Assembly: GCA_017444615.1 (NCBI GenBank)
Contig: JAFSWF010000028.1
Location: 634 to 64,633, forward strand
Source of the DNA: Paludibacteraceae bacterium
GTDB lineage: Bacteria > Bacteroidota > Bacteroidia > Bacteroidales > Paludibacteraceae
DNA length: 64,000 nucleotides
Direction: 5' to 3'
The notes beneath the pieces are model-generated. The model was given only the letters and a program-made list of their open reading frames with translations. It made no database searches and was not told where the DNA came from. The translations under genes were made by a program, and so were the position numbers. Positions 16,527 through 26,630 of this stretch are shown piece by piece; the first letter of the stretch is position 1; each line of letters begins with the position of its first letter.

Positions 16527-17774
16527 TTAACCTTTAATAGCAGCTACACCCGGGAGGATTTTGCCTTCGATCGCTTCGAGGAGGGCACCGCCACCGGTGG
16601 AAATGTACGAAACTTTGTCTGCCAGACCGAATTTATTGACGCAAGCTACAGAGTCACCACCTCCAATGAGGGAGAAAGCGCCTTCTGCTGTAGCCTCAGC
16701 GATGGCCTCACCGATGGCGCGGCTACCGTCGCAGAAATTATCGAACTCGAATACGCCTGCAGGACCATTCCAGAGGATCGTCTTTGCACCCTTGATAGCG
16801 TTGCGGAAGTTCTCTTGTGCCTTCGGACCGGCATCCAATCCTTCCCAACCGGCAGGAATGGCGTCAGACGGGAAGATCTTCTGGTTAGCATCATTAGCGA
16901 AAGCGTCTGCGCAGATAGCATCGGGTGCGAGCACCAGTTCTACGCCGTTCTTCTTAGCCAATTCTTCTACGCCCAGTGCTACATCGAGTTTGTCGAGTTC
17001 GACGATAGAACCGCCGATCTCACCACCGTGTGCTTTAGCGAAGGTATAGGTCATACCACCGCAAAGAATCAGTTTGTCCACTTTGCCAAGCAGGTTCTCG
17101 ATGATGCCGATCTTAGAGCTTACTTTCGAACCACCCATGATAGCTACGAACGGACGTTTGATATCGCCGAGGACTGCATCAACAGCGGCTACTTCTTTCT
17201 CCATCAGGAATCCGAGCATCTTGTTGTCGGCATCGAAATAATCTGCGATGACAGCGGTAGATGCATGTTTGCGGTGAGCTGTACCGAACGCATCCATCAC
17301 ATAGCAGTCTGCATAGGAAGCCAGCGTCTTTGCGAACTCTTTCTGACGATCTTTCATCTCTTTCTTCGCAGCCTCGTAAGCCGGATCCTCTTTGTCGATG
17401 CCTACCGGTTTACCTTCCTCTTCGGGATAGAAACGCAGGTTCTCCAGCAGCAGTACCTCACCTGGTTTGAGCGCAGCTGCTTGTGCCTGTGCTTTGGCGC
17501 AATCTTCAGCAAACTGAACGGGACAACCGAGCGCAGCCGCTACGGCATCTTTGATTTGACCCAAGCTGAATTTAGCCTGCACTTTGCCTTTGGGTTTACC
17601 CATGTGACTCATAATGATGAGCGCACCTCCTTCATCGAGGATGTGCTTGAGGGTCGGCAGGGCACCGCGGATACGGGTGTCGTCGGTAATCTTACCATTC
17701 TCATCCAGTGGCACATTGAAGTCCACGCGTACGATCGCCTTCTTACCGGCGAATTTAAAATCTTTGATTGTCAT
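16527..17774 (-). CDS. pgk: phosphoglycerate kinase
   Basis: [24 protein letters not shown] onward is full-length PGK. Start ATG 17774 (extension to 17912 rejected). Confidence 0.95.
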   Translation of the reverse strand: MTIKDFKFAGKKAIVRVDFNVPLDENGKITDDTRIRGALPTLKHILDEGGALIIMSHMGKPKGKVQAKFSLGQIKDAVAAALGCPVQFAEDCAKAQAQAAALKPGEVLLLENLRFYPEEEGKPVGIDKEDPAYEAAKKEMKDRQKEFAKTLASYADCYVMDAFGTAHRKHASTAVIADYFDADNKMLGFLMEKEVAAVDAVLGDIKRPFVAIMGGSKVSSKIGIIENLLGKVDKLILCGGMTYTFAKAHGGEIGGSIVELDKLDVALGVEELAKKNGVELVLAPDAICADAFANDANQKIFPSDAIPAGWEGLDAGPKAQENFRNAIKGAKTILWNGPAGVFEFDNFCDGSRAIGEAIAEATAEGAFSLIGGGDSVACVNKFGLADKVSYISTGGGALLEAIEGKILPGVAAIKG

Positions 17775-17844
17775 AACGTGTATATATTTAGTTGGTTTGT
17801 TAAAATCATTTTTTTCGGAATACCGGCCGGGATACCGACACTTC

Positions 17845-19179
17845 TTACCAATCGATGGAGTTAAGGCGGCCTTTATAGACATCACTATGGGTGATGGAGG
17901 CATCTTGTCCACCGAAGAGGTAGATGTCGAAATCGCGAACGATGGCTGTTTGCTTTTGGCGTGCCTGGTACACTTCCGGTAAGCGGTTCTTGGTGCTATC
18001 CGCTTGTGTCCAGGTTAAGCCTTCATCATCAGAGATCATAATCTCGCGACCGAAATATTTCATGTCTTTATCCACTCCGCCAAAGAGCAATAGTTGTCCG
18101 TTATAGGAGATGACGGAGATGCCGGTGAGGGTGGTGAACTGAGGTCGGTCGATAGAGAACTCTTCCAAGCGGTACCCGTTATTCTCCGGCGTATGCTTGG
18201 AGTATTCGAGGTTCCATCGCGAGTTGAGTGAACGGCCGTTCATGGCAAAGCCTCCGATGATCATCGCCCGTTCACGTGTACTGGCACTTTGGAACGCCAC
18301 CGTAGCAAAATCGCTAATGGGAAAATCGCCGTCGTCGGGGCGAAGGTCGGTTAGTTGCAGCGAGTCCTCCTTCCACAGAGCCAGTTCGTAGCCGTTATTA
18401 TCCACCAACGCCCATACTTCGTTATTCCAGTAGAGTAGCATGGTTAGGATGGGATAACTAACCGCTTGGCCCGACCAAGTGACGCCGTCGGTACTGGTGT
18501 AGAGAAAGTTATCTTGTCCGAAATAGAGGGTTGAACCATCGCTAATGATCTGTCGTACCCGCGTACCGTAAGGCAGTCCCTGCGCCTCTCCCCAATCGAT
18601 CCAAGAAGCGCCATCGTCAGAAGTGAACACTTGTTCCTCCCATCCATTGCTGGCTATCATCACAAAGTGGTCATCGAGTTCCAAAACGCGTTGCTCGCTG
18701 TCATCCTCCGGATAGATAGCATCAGTCAGTTTAGTCCAAGAGTACAAATCGGGGTCCACTTGGTGCACCGTAGGACGAATCTCATACACCTTGGTGGTCT
18801 TACCGTCCGAAGAACGGATCGTCAAATAAATCGGCTGTTTGGTAAAACTGAGGGTGTCATAACCGGTTAACTGAACGGTGGTATCCGGCATTCTCAGATA
18901 AGCGGCACCCGGAGTAGCGGCAAAGCTGAACTTAGGTACTACTTTCTCCAAACTGGTACCGTATAGGATGGAATCTTGGTTCCAGACCAAGCCTGTATCA
19001 AGCCTTTCGTCGATAGTAAAGACCGCTTTTGCCAAGCCGGGCATGGAGTCGTTCGCCGCAAAATAGAACGCGCTCAGTTTAGCCACCGAGGAGGTGGTGG
19101 AGGTAGTGCCGGAATTACTGTCACAGGAACTCAATACGAGTGCACTAAAACCGATTAGTATGTATAAAAGTCGCTTCAT
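17845..19179 (-). CDS. BNR/Asp-box repeat lipoprotein
   Basis: Lipobox LVLSSC. Asp-box-like motifs [24 protein letters not shown]. Confidence 0.6.
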   Translation of the reverse strand: MKRLLYILIGFSALVLSSCDSNSGTTSTTSSVAKLSAFYFAANDSMPGLAKAVFTIDERLDTGLVWNQDSILYGTSLEKVVPKFSFAATPGAAYLRMPDTTVQLTGYDTLSFTKQPIYLTIRSSDGKTTKVYEIRPTVHQVDPDLYSWTKLTDAIYPEDDSEQRVLELDDHFVMIASNGWEEQVFTSDDGASWIDWGEAQGLPYGTRVRQIISDGSTLYFGQDNFLYTSTDGVTWSGQAVSYPILTMLLYWNNEVWALVDNNGYELALWKEDSLQLTDLRPDDGDFPISDFATVAFQSASTRERAMIIGGFAMNGRSLNSRWNLEYSKHTPENNGYRLEEFSIDRPQFTTLTGISVISYNGQLLLFGGVDKDMKYFGREIMISDDEGLTWTQADSTKNRLPEVYQARQKQTAIVRDFDIYLFGGQDASITHSDVYKGRLNSIDW

Positions 19180-19212
19180 TTGGCGTTATTTTTGTATTAT
19201 TTTGCCTTTAAA

Positions 19213-19244
19213 TTTGCATATCTCAGAAAAAAGCAGTATTTTTG
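19213..19244 (+). promoter_or_regulatory. Bacteroidota sigma-A promoter
   Basis: TTTG (19213-19216), N20, TATTTTTG (19237-19244); ATG at 19288. Confidence 0.6.
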
Positions 19245-19287
19245 CAGTGTTTTTCGAGAATCTAATATCTTAAATCTAAAAACATAT

Positions 19288-19890
19288 ATGTTATTCGAGT
19301 CTCAAATAAATGATTTAAAGCGTTTGCTTCCTTGGGTACGTATTCGCCAGCAGCAGGCTAACCTGCGTACCGTTGTAGAACAGAAACGTCGTTTGTTATC
19401 CAAAGAGGAGGTAGCGGAACAGTCCGCGCTTATCATCGCTCAGTTGGAGCAAATGTCTCTTTTCCGTGAGGCACAAACGGTTTTGCTGTATTATCCTATT
19501 CATAACGAGGTGGATTTGCGTCCATTGCTCGCCAAGTACGAGGGTCAAAAGACCATCCTTTTACCCGTGACGCATCGCCATTATATAGAGGTTCGTCCGT
19601 ATGCCGGAGAAGATATGATGCGCAAGAGTCACTGGGGTGTACCGGAACCGCAAACAGCTACTTTCAAAGGGCACATTGACCTGATCATCGTTCCGGGGGT
19701 AGTCTTTGACAAGCACCGGCACCGCATCGGTCGAGGCGGGGGTTATTATGATAAATTCTTAGCGCAACATCCTCGGGTTCCGAAGATAGGTGTTTGCTAT
19801 GATTTCCAACTCCAGCCCCATGCCATTCCCCATACATGGAGGGATAAGAAGTTGGATCGTATCGTCACTCCTCAGTCAACCATTGGATAG
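19288..19890 (+). CDS. 5-formyltetrahydrofolate cyclo-ligase
   Basis: ILLPV, WGVPEP, PGVVFDKHRHRIGRGGGYYDKFL. Start placed downstream of the promoter (track start 19180 rejected). Confidence 0.85.
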   Translation: MLFESQINDLKRLLPWVRIRQQQANLRTVVEQKRRLLSKEEVAEQSALIIAQLEQMSLFREAQTVLLYYPIHNEVDLRPLLAKYEGQKTILLPVTHRHYIEVRPYAGEDMMRKSHWGVPEPQTATFKGHIDLIIVPGVVFDKHRHRIGRGGGYYDKFLAQHPRVPKIGVCYDFQLQPHAIPHTWRDKKLDRIVTPQSTIG

Positions 19891-20632
19891 TAGGTTGACT
19901 ATCAATTATCTGTTGCAACTTTCTGTCGGTCTCGGCAGAAAGTTTTTGTTCGCCCTTACGGTAATAATAAATGATGCCGTAGAGCTGGCATTTCATCATC
20001 CGCGCGTAGGGCAGTTCATGCTCGTAAAACTTCTCCACCGCATTCCAAATCTCCAAAATGAGCGCGTCAGCTTGCGTACGCATCGGTGTTAAGCCGCCTT
20101 GCACACGTTCGGTGTTCTGTACATGGAAAGCGTGTTGCTGATGATGTTCCTTGAAGATGTCGTAATAGACTTTCACCTTATTGATGGCAGGGTTATAAAT
20201 AGGAAATCCTCCGTTCGCCATTCGTTTCTGCTCGCCTTCAATAATTTTCCGCCCCCACTCCTCCAGGTTCTCTTCCGTGCTCAGATCGGGCACCACATGA
20301 TTGAGCGGATCCAACCCATATAGCAGTTTCTGTTCCTTCTTGATCTCGCCACGAATGACGGCGAGGTTGAGTACTTGGATAAAATGCGACACGTACATGC
20401 GTGCGTTCTGCACTACGTGGCGGTACTGCTTGTTGGCATTCACTGACGAAGTGTAGTTATCTTTCGACTGCAGCACTACATTCTCAAACTGCGCCAAGAA
20501 CCGCTGCGTTTCGCTTAGCAGTTTGTAAGGCAGTGCTTGTTCGCCGAAGTCCACTTCTTGCGACCTGTGTACTGCGCGCTGCAACGAATGCAAACGAGCC
20601 AAATCGGTATTGGGTAATCGTCTGTAAGGCAT
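19865..20632 (-). CDS. hypothetical protein
   Basis: 255-aa ORF with ordinary composition and no recognised motif. 26-nt convergent overlap with the preceding gene end. Confidence 0.6.
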   Translation of the reverse strand: MPYRRLPNTDLARLHSLQRAVHRSQEVDFGEQALPYKLLSETQRFLAQFENVVLQSKDNYTSSVNANKQYRHVVQNARMYVSHFIQVLNLAVIRGEIKKEQKLLYGLDPLNHVVPDLSTEENLEEWGRKIIEGEQKRMANGGFPIYNPAINKVKVYYDIFKEHHQQHAFHVQNTERVQGGLTPMRTQADALILEIWNAVEKFYEHELPYARMMKCQLYGIIYYYRKGEQKLSAETDRKLQQIIDSQPTIQWLTEE

Positions 20633-20670
20633 CTTGTTATTTACGATTTATACATTTACCATTTGTTCAT
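20633..20670. repeat. ACGATTT/ACCATTT/TTCATTT array filling spacer
   Basis: CTTGTTATTTACGATTTATACATTTACCATTTGTTCAT lies between stop 20671-20673 and start 20632. Confidence 0.8.
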
Positions 20671-21639
20671 TTAGCTTTTACGAGTGACGAGTTTCTCGGC
20701 TATCTCGCGTAGTCGTTCGGTGGCGCTGTTTTGCGGCAGTTCATCCAATTGCGCCAAGGCTAGCGCTGTATGTTCTTCCATCACCGCCTCGCAGGTCTCA
20801 CGCACGCCCAGACGATCGTAGACAGAGCGCACGGCTGCAATCTTCTCCTCCTTGCGATCGTTGATCAAAAGCCATTCCAGTAACTCTGCTTTACTCTCCG
20901 GATCGGCATTCTCGAACGCAGTAATCAGCAACGCCGTACGTTTGTTGGCGCATATATCCCCACCGATGGCCTTGCCGAAGGTCTTCGGATCGCCGTACAC
21001 ATCCAAAATATCGTCTTGTATCTGGAACGCCAGACCTAAGTGCAGACCATATTTATAAAGCGCTTTCTGCTGCTTCTCGTCCGCACCGGCTATGTAACCG
21101 CCGATCTTCATCGCGTAGGCCAACAGCACGGATGTCTTGAGTTCAATCATCTTCATGTACTCATCCAGCGTGACATGCCCCATATGCTCAAACTCCATAT
21201 CGTACTGCTGTCCCTCGCAAATGCCGGTGGCCATCTCATTGAACCAAGCCAACACCTGTGGCAGCTTTTCTGCCGGCACACGACTCAATTGTTTGTACGC
21301 CTCAATGAGCATTTGGTCACCCGAGAGGATTGCCGTTTGCTCATTCCATTTGACGTGAACGGTAGGCCGTCCGCGACGCACCTCTGCCTTATCCATCACA
21401 TCGTCGTGAAGGAGGGTGAAGTTATGGAATATCTCCAACGCCAACGCTGCCGGGACAGTCTGCTCGATGGCATCACCGTTAATCAAACCGCCGTTCACAA
21501 TTGCTTCTGCTGCGGTCAACGCCAATGTCGGACGCAGTCTTTTGCCGCCCGATGCCAAGGTGTATGCAATCGGTTCGTACAACCCTTTCGGATGCCGATT
21601 CCAATCAATCTGCTCTATGGCTTTGTTAATATCTATCAT
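20671..21639 (-). CDS. polyprenyl diphosphate synthase
   Basis: Aspartate-rich motifs LLHDDVMD and QIQDDILD. Confidence 0.9.
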   Translation of the reverse strand: MIDINKAIEQIDWNRHPKGLYEPIAYTLASGGKRLRPTLALTAAEAIVNGGLINGDAIEQTVPAALALEIFHNFTLLHDDVMDKAEVRRGRPTVHVKWNEQTAILSGDQMLIEAYKQLSRVPAEKLPQVLAWFNEMATGICEGQQYDMEFEHMGHVTLDEYMKMIELKTSVLLAYAMKIGGYIAGADEKQQKALYKYGLHLGLAFQIQDDILDVYGDPKTFGKAIGGDICANKRTALLITAFENADPESKAELLEWLLINDRKEEKIAAVRSVYDRLGVRETCEAVMEEHTALALAQLDELPQNSATERLREIAEKLVTRKS

Positions 21640-22661
21640 ACAAATTTGTTTTCGATGATGTCGGTGAGCACGTCCTTGATGTCGAGACCGGCGGCACGTA
21701 TCTGTTGAGGAATAAAACTGGTAGCTGTCATGCCGGGGGTGGTGTTGACCTCGAGGAGGTTAATCTTATCGCCCGTGATAATCCAATCCACACGAATGAT
21801 GCCGTTGGCACCGATGATGTCATACAGGCGAAGGGTCTCCGCTTGAATCTTATCGCGCAAAGCGTCAGGGATACGAGCAGGAGTGATCTCATCCACCTGA
21901 CCTTTGTACTTCGCGTCGTAATCGAAGAACTCATTATGCGTTACCACCTCTGTAATCGGGAAAGCCACTGCTTTGTCTTTGGTCTTATACACACCGCAGG
22001 TTACTTCCGTTCCTTGCATAAAGGCCTCGCATATCACCTCATCTCCCTCTTTGAACGCACGCTCAATCGCCGGATAAATATCTTCAACCGTCTTCACCTT
22101 GGTGCACCCGAATGAGCTGCCGCCTACGTTACTCTTGATAAAACACGGCAGACCTAATGTCTCGGCAATCTTCGGCGCGTTAGGCCATTTCTGACCCGCA
22201 CGAAGAATCATACTATTGGCAATATGAAAACCAAAATAGGACAGGTAATGGTTGCAGGCATACTTGTTGAAAGTCAGCGCTGCGGCCAACACACCACAAC
22301 ACGAGTACGGCAGGCCGATCATATCCAGATAACCCTGCAGCACGCCGTTTTCTCCGGGTGTTCCGTGGATGGTGATATATGCAAAATCGAAAGTGTGTTT
22401 CGCGCCCGCACGCGTAAAAGAAAAATCATTCTTATCAATAGAATATCCGGGACCTGTCAGGTCTTCATGCTCGATGTCTGCATCGGGCAACGCAGTCCAA
22501 TCATTGCCGTGCAACCGTACTACGGTCACGTCGTACCGATCATGGTCCAAGAACGAGTAGATACCTTTGGCCGAACGTAGCGACACTTCATATTCGCTGC
22601 TGTCTCCTCCGGCTATAATGGCTATTTTTCTCCGCTCTAAAAGAGGTTTATCTGATTTCAT
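21636..22661 (-). CDS. ddl: D-alanine--D-alanine ligase
   Basis: IAIIAGGDSSEYEVSLRSA N-terminus, ATP-grasp core, LEVNTTPGMT. 4-nt overlap with the downstream gene. Confidence 0.9.
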   Translation of the reverse strand: MKSDKPLLERRKIAIIAGGDSSEYEVSLRSAKGIYSFLDHDRYDVTVVRLHGNDWTALPDADIEHEDLTGPGYSIDKNDFSFTRAGAKHTFDFAYITIHGTPGENGVLQGYLDMIGLPYSCCGVLAAALTFNKYACNHYLSYFGFHIANSMILRAGQKWPNAPKIAETLGLPCFIKSNVGGSSFGCTKVKTVEDIYPAIERAFKEGDEVICEAFMQGTEVTCGVYKTKDKAVAFPITEVVTHNEFFDYDAKYKGQVDEITPARIPDALRDKIQAETLRLYDIIGANGIIRVDWIITGDKINLLEVNTTPGMTATSFIPQQIRAAGLDIKDVLTDIIENKFV

Positions 22662-22686
22662 TTGAACATGATTCTAAAATTCCGTG

Positions 22687-22718
22687 CAAAGTTACAAAAA
22701 ATATTCGAAACTAACAAA
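22687..22718 (-). promoter_or_regulatory. Bacteroidota sigma-A promoter for the ddl operon
   Basis: Minus strand: TTTG (22715-22718), N20, TAACTTTG (22687-22694). Confidence 0.6.
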
Positions 22719-22748
22719 TAAATTAGAAATAAAATTGTTTCTAATTGT

Positions 22749-22770
22749 AAAAAAGGCCCTTTCGGACCTT
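22749..22770 (-). terminator. terminator after uvrB
   Basis: Minus strand: GGTCC-GAAA-GGGCC followed by TTTTTT. Confidence 0.55.
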
Positions 22771-22795
22771 CTTGTGCAATATTCTGTTTATTCTA

Positions 22796-24814
22796 TTAAC
22801 CTTCTAAGGCTTGCAGACGTGCTTGCATCTCGAGCCATTCATCGCGGAGGAATGCGGCAGTTTCGAAATCGGTGGCTTTGGCGGCTGCGAGCATCTGTTT
22901 ACGTTTTTGCTCAATAGCTTTTTGTAAAGCTTTGGCATCCATCTTCTGCCATTCGGCATTCTTCCAACCGGCTTTGATAGCTTCGCTCAAGCGGCGTTTC
23001 TCTTCCTCGGGGTCTTTGTATAAACCAGCGAGTGCGGAGGTGTTGATTTCTTTCTTGATAGCGGTAGGAACAATACCATGTTCTTCGTTATAGCGCATTT
23101 GGATCGCGCGGCGACGGTTCGTCTCATCAATCGTGGCTTGCATCGCAGGCGTAATCTTATCGCCATAGAGGATAGCCGTTCCGTTGACGTGTCGCGCCGC
23201 GCGGCCAACCGTTTGTGTCAAACTCCGTTGATCACGCAAGAAGCCCGTCTTATCGGCATCAAGAATTGCCACCAGACTTACTTCCGGCAAGTCTAATCCT
23301 TCTCGTAAAAGGTTCACACCCACTAAGACATCGTACTCGCCTTTACGCAGGTCTTCCATGATCTTGACGCGTTCTATGGTATCGATATCCGAGTGGATAT
23401 ACGCTGATTTGATGCCATAACGCCGCAGGTATTCGTCTAACTCTTCTGCCATCCGTTTGGTTAATGTCGTCACCAAGACTCGTTCATTACGATGAATACG
23501 TGTGCGGATTTCGTCCATGAGATCGTCCACTTGGTTCTCTGTCGGGCGCACTTCAATCTTCGGGTCTAACAAACCTGTGGGTCGAATCAATTGGTCGATG
23601 ACGATACCTTCTGAGCGGTCCATTTCATATTCGTCCGGCGTAGCCGATACATAGATGGTCTGGCCTGTCTTCTGCTCAAACTCATCGAACTTAAGCGGTC
23701 TATTGTCACGTGCGGCTGGAAGACGAAAACCGTAGGTAACCAGATTGTCCTTGCGCGATTTGTCACCACCGTACATGCCACGGATCTGCGGAACCGTTAC
23801 GTGACTCTCGTCGATGACGAGTAACATATCTTTCGGGAAGTAATCCAGCAGACAGTAAGGCGGTGTGCCTTCGGCACGACCGTCAAAATACCTGCTGTAG
23901 TTCTCCACGCCTGAGCAGTAACCCAACTCGTCCAACATCTCCAGATCGTACGTTACGCGTTCTTCGATGCGCTTGGCATACAGGTCTTCGCCCAGCTTGG
24001 TGAAGTACAAAATCTGCTCGTTGAGGTCGGCTTTAATCTGTTCTTTCGCCGCTGCGATGCGTTCGGGAGAGGTGAGGAAAATAGTAGCAGGACTTAAGTT
24101 ATATTGCTCAAACTCCTCCATTACTTGTCCGCTGATGGGGTCGATAGTTAGAATCGCATCTATCTCATTACCGAAGAACTCAATCCTCACTAAGTAATCC
24201 GCATAAGCTAAGGCAATGTCAATAGTATCTCCCTTGACGCGAAATCGTCCGCGTGCCAGTTCGACATCATTGCGCACATATTGCGCGGCAACCAATTGTT
24301 TGAGAAGCGTGTCCATTGGAATGACTTGTCCGCGTTTCAACTCCACCACGCTTGCCGTGAAATCTTGCGGACTACCGAGACCGTAGATACAACTAACCGA
24401 ACTGACGATGATGACATCTTTTCGTCCGCTTAGTAACGCTCCTACGGCAGAGAGACGAAGACGGTCAATCTCTTCGTTGATAGACAGGTCTTTCTCTATG
24501 TATAGGTCGGTAGAGGGTATATACGCCTCCGGTTGGTAATAATCATAGTAAGAGACGAAATACTCCACCGCGTTGTGTGGGAAGAAAGCTTTCATCTCCG
24601 AATACAGCTGTGCCGCGAGGGTCTTGTTATGGCTCATGATAAGCGTAGGCCGGTTGAGTTGAGCGATGACATTGGCGACCGTAAATGTTTTTCCGCTTCC
24701 AGTCACGCCGAGCAAGACCTGCGCAGGCGCGCCGGCTTGAATACCATCGACCAGCGCTTGTATGGCTTGCGGCTGATCGCCTGTAGGCTTATATGGAGAT
24801 TCTAATTGGAACAA
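22796..24814 (-). CDS. uvrB: excinuclease ABC subunit B
   Basis: GVTGSGKT Walker A, DESH box, C-terminal UVR domain. TTG start at 24814 with an in-frame TAA immediately upstream. Confidence 0.95.
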   Translation of the reverse strand: MFQLESPYKPTGDQPQAIQALVDGIQAGAPAQVLLGVTGSGKTFTVANVIAQLNRPTLIMSHNKTLAAQLYSEMKAFFPHNAVEYFVSYYDYYQPEAYIPSTDLYIEKDLSINEEIDRLRLSAVGALLSGRKDVIIVSSVSCIYGLGSPQDFTASVVELKRGQVIPMDTLLKQLVAAQYVRNDVELARGRFRVKGDTIDIALAYADYLVRIEFFGNEIDAILTIDPISGQVMEEFEQYNLSPATIFLTSPERIAAAKEQIKADLNEQILYFTKLGEDLYAKRIEERVTYDLEMLDELGYCSGVENYSRYFDGRAEGTPPYCLLDYFPKDMLLVIDESHVTVPQIRGMYGGDKSRKDNLVTYGFRLPAARDNRPLKFDEFEQKTGQTIYVSATPDEYEMDRSEGIVIDQLIRPTGLLDPKIEVRPTENQVDDLMDEIRTRIHRNERVLVTTLTKRMAEELDEYLRRYGIKSAYIHSDIDTIERVKIMEDLRKGEYDVLVGVNLLREGLDLPEVSLVAILDADKTGFLRDQRSLTQTVGRAARHVNGTAILYGDKITPAMQATIDETNRRRAIQMRYNEEHGIVPTAIKKEINTSALAGLYKDPEEEKRRLSEAIKAGWKNAEWQKMDAKALQKAIEQKRKQMLAAAKATDFETAAFLRDEWLEMQARLQALEG

Positions 24815-24820
24815 TTATCC

Positions 24821-24855
24821 GAATACTGAATACTGAATACCGATTGCTGACAGCT
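24821..24855. repeat. 7-nt-period array (GAATACT GAATACT GAATACC GATTGCT GACAGCT)
   Basis: Between the rplS terminator and the uvrB TTG start. Confidence 0.85.
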
Positions 24856-24886
24856 AAAAAAAGAGTGCCGAAGCACTCTTTTTTTA
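24856..24886 (-). terminator. rho-independent terminator after rplS
   Basis: AAAAAAA-GAGTGC-CGAA-GCACTC-TTTTTTT, symmetric. Confidence 0.75.
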
Positions 24887-25237
24887 CTTAACTCGGCGCT
24901 CTTGGATACGAGCCTTCTTACCGGTGCGCTCACGGAGGTAGTACAGTTTAGCACGGCGTACTTTACCATACTTATTCACTGTGATGCTTTCGATAAACGG
25001 GCTGTCCATCGGGAAAATACGCTCAACACCTACGTTGCCGCTCATTTTGCGAACGGTGAAGCGTTTCTTGTCGCCCTCGCCGTGAATGCAAATAACATCA
25101 CCACGGAACTCCTGTACACGCTCTTTGTTACCCTCTTTAATACGGTATCCAACCGTAATCTGATCACCTGCTTTGAAAGCCGGGAACTCTTTTTTCTCAC
25201 CGGCAAATGCTTGTTCAGCTACTTTAATCAAATCCAT
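24884..25237 (-). CDS. rplS: 50S ribosomal protein L19
   Basis: 117 aa, MDLIKVAEQ...FRGDVI...RKMS.GVGVERIFP pattern of L19. Confidence 0.95.
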   Translation of the reverse strand: MDLIKVAEQAFAGEKKEFPAFKAGDQITVGYRIKEGNKERVQEFRGDVICIHGEGDKKRFTVRKMSGNVGVERIFPMDSPFIESITVNKYGKVRRAKLYYLRERTGKKARIQERRVK

Positions 25238-25267
25238 AGTTTCTCTTTTTTAACGGTTAGTACTGTT

Positions 25268-25537
25268 TTACTTACGGATACCTAATTCTTTAATGATAGC
25301 GCGGTAACGCTCAATGTCTTTCGCCTTCAGGTAATCCAACATACGACGACGCTTACCTACCAGAGTAGTCAGAGCGCGCTCTGTACCGAAGTCCTTACGG
25401 TTCTCCTTAAGGTGCTCGGTCAGGTGGTTAATACGGAAGGTGAATAATGCGATTTGGCTCTCAGCCGAGCCGGTGTTTTTAGCGTCTTTGCCGTATTGGG
25501 CGAAGAGCTCAGCTTTTTTCTCTGCTGTTAAATACAT
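25268..25537 (-). CDS. rpsO: 30S ribosomal protein S15
   Basis: MYLTAEKKAELFAQYG...HLTEHLKENRKD...LVGKRRRMLDYL. Start ATG 25537; the upstream MVNEQMVNYI is translated repeat DNA. Confidence 0.95.
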   Translation of the reverse strand: MYLTAEKKAELFAQYGKDAKNTGSAESQIALFTFRINHLTEHLKENRKDFGTERALTTLVGKRRRMLDYLKAKDIERYRAIIKELGIRK

Positions 25538-25540
25538 GAT

Positions 25541-25586
25541 GTAATTTACCATTTGTTCATTTACCATTTAGCCATTTATTCATTGG
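25541..25586. repeat. ACCATTT-type array immediately upstream of rpsO ATG
   Basis: GTAATTTACCATTTGTTCATTTACCATTTAGCCATTTATTCATTGG, within the rpsO 5' leader. Confidence 0.8.
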
Positions 25587-25684
25587 ACTATTTAGTAAAT
25601 GACAGTTAAACAATCACCACTAAAGTCGAATTAAATCATCCTAACTTCGTGGCATTTATTTTCGCTTTTAGTCAAAAAAGCGTG

Positions 25685-25716
25685 CAAAGGTACTGCTTTT
25701 TTTTGAATTATGCAAA
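25685..25716 (-). promoter_or_regulatory. Bacteroidota sigma-A promoter for rpsO
   Basis: Minus strand: TTTG (25713-25716), N20, TACCTTTG (25685-25692). Leaves a leader of about 150 nt containing a heptamer array. Confidence 0.7.
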
Positions 25717-25732
25717 TAATTTTACACTTTTT

Positions 25733-26629
25733 TTACTTTTTTATCTGAATAGGGAAGGAACCGATGAGGTTTCCTTCGCAGAAAAAGTCCACAGTGTAGA
25801 AGCCTTTTTCTATTTCGTTGGTCAGGGGACAATAACACGTTCCGGTTAATTCTTCGCCTCCATATTCGAATTGTTGTGTTACCGAATAGGGGATATTCTC
25901 GCTCTCAAAAGCGAACACCTGCGTGGGTTCTTCGCCTTCAGCCGGTTCGGTGTAATTGAGCAAGTCACCCGTTGGATCCATCACACGCACGTATAGATCC
26001 TTCATACCGGGTGTACAGGTGATGTTCTTTGCGATGGTGAAATCGATTTGCAACTTCACCGCTTGACTTGCCATTTTGGTCTTGCGGTCACGCTTGTTGA
26101 GCATCACTACCGTGCAACTTGTCACCTCGAGCATAGCTGCTCGTGTCACCGTTTCGGTCAGTTGAGTGTTGAGGGTAGTGAGCTGGTTATTGGCTTCTTT
26201 CACCTGCTTGTTCTCCTCCCGCATTTGGATATTCTCCTTGGTCAAGCGCGCATTGGTTGCATTGAGCGAATCGACTTGCCGTACGTAGTCTTTCATCACT
26301 TCGCGAACGGTAGCTAACTCTTTTTTCAACTCGGCAATGCGCCGTGCACTCGTTACTTTGGTTTGACGCAATTCTTCGAGCAAGTCTTGTACCCGTTGTT
26401 GTTCACGAGAAAGCAAGTCCTGCAACGAATCATTCTTGATATCTAAATTCTGATAGCCGTCAAACTGAATGGCGAGATCTTCGTATTCTTCCTGCAACTC
26501 CGATTTCTCGATCTCCATCTGCTCCACCAACTCGTTCATCTGGCTGTACTGATAATAACTCAGTGCGCCTAAGGTGGCCAGCAGCACGACTAAAACAACT
26601 ATGATCGTATATACAACGCTTTTTTTCAT
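25733..26629 (-). CDS. membrane-anchored coiled-coil protein, function unknown
   Basis: N-terminal TM helix, long heptad-rich acidic/glutamine segment, C-terminal beta-rich domain. Confidence 0.6.
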   Translation of the reverse strand: MKKSVVYTIIVVLVVLLATLGALSYYQYSQMNELVEQMEIEKSELQEEYEDLAIQFDGYQNLDIKNDSLQDLLSREQQRVQDLLEELRQTKVTSARRIAELKKELATVREVMKDYVRQVDSLNATNARLTKENIQMREENKQVKEANNQLTTLNTQLTETVTRAAMLEVTSCTVVMLNKRDRKTKMASQAVKLQIDFTIAKNITCTPGMKDLYVRVMDPTGDLLNYTEPAEGEEPTQVFAFESENIPYSVTQQFEYGGEELTGTCYCPLTNEIEKGFYTVDFFCEGNLIGSFPIQIKK

Positions 26630-26630
26630 C

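Noticed and set aside
16815-17864. 349-aa ORF on the + strand, plus similar long antisense ORFs at 21040-21708, 29848-30459, 44088-44705, 48855-49370 and 50528-51199
   Set aside because: Each lies entirely antisense to a strongly recognisable gene (pgk, polyprenyl synthase, ompH, lpxA, cysS, parE). None has a recognisable motif or an upstream consensus promoter. They are the usual shadow ORFs of moderately GC-rich coding DNA.
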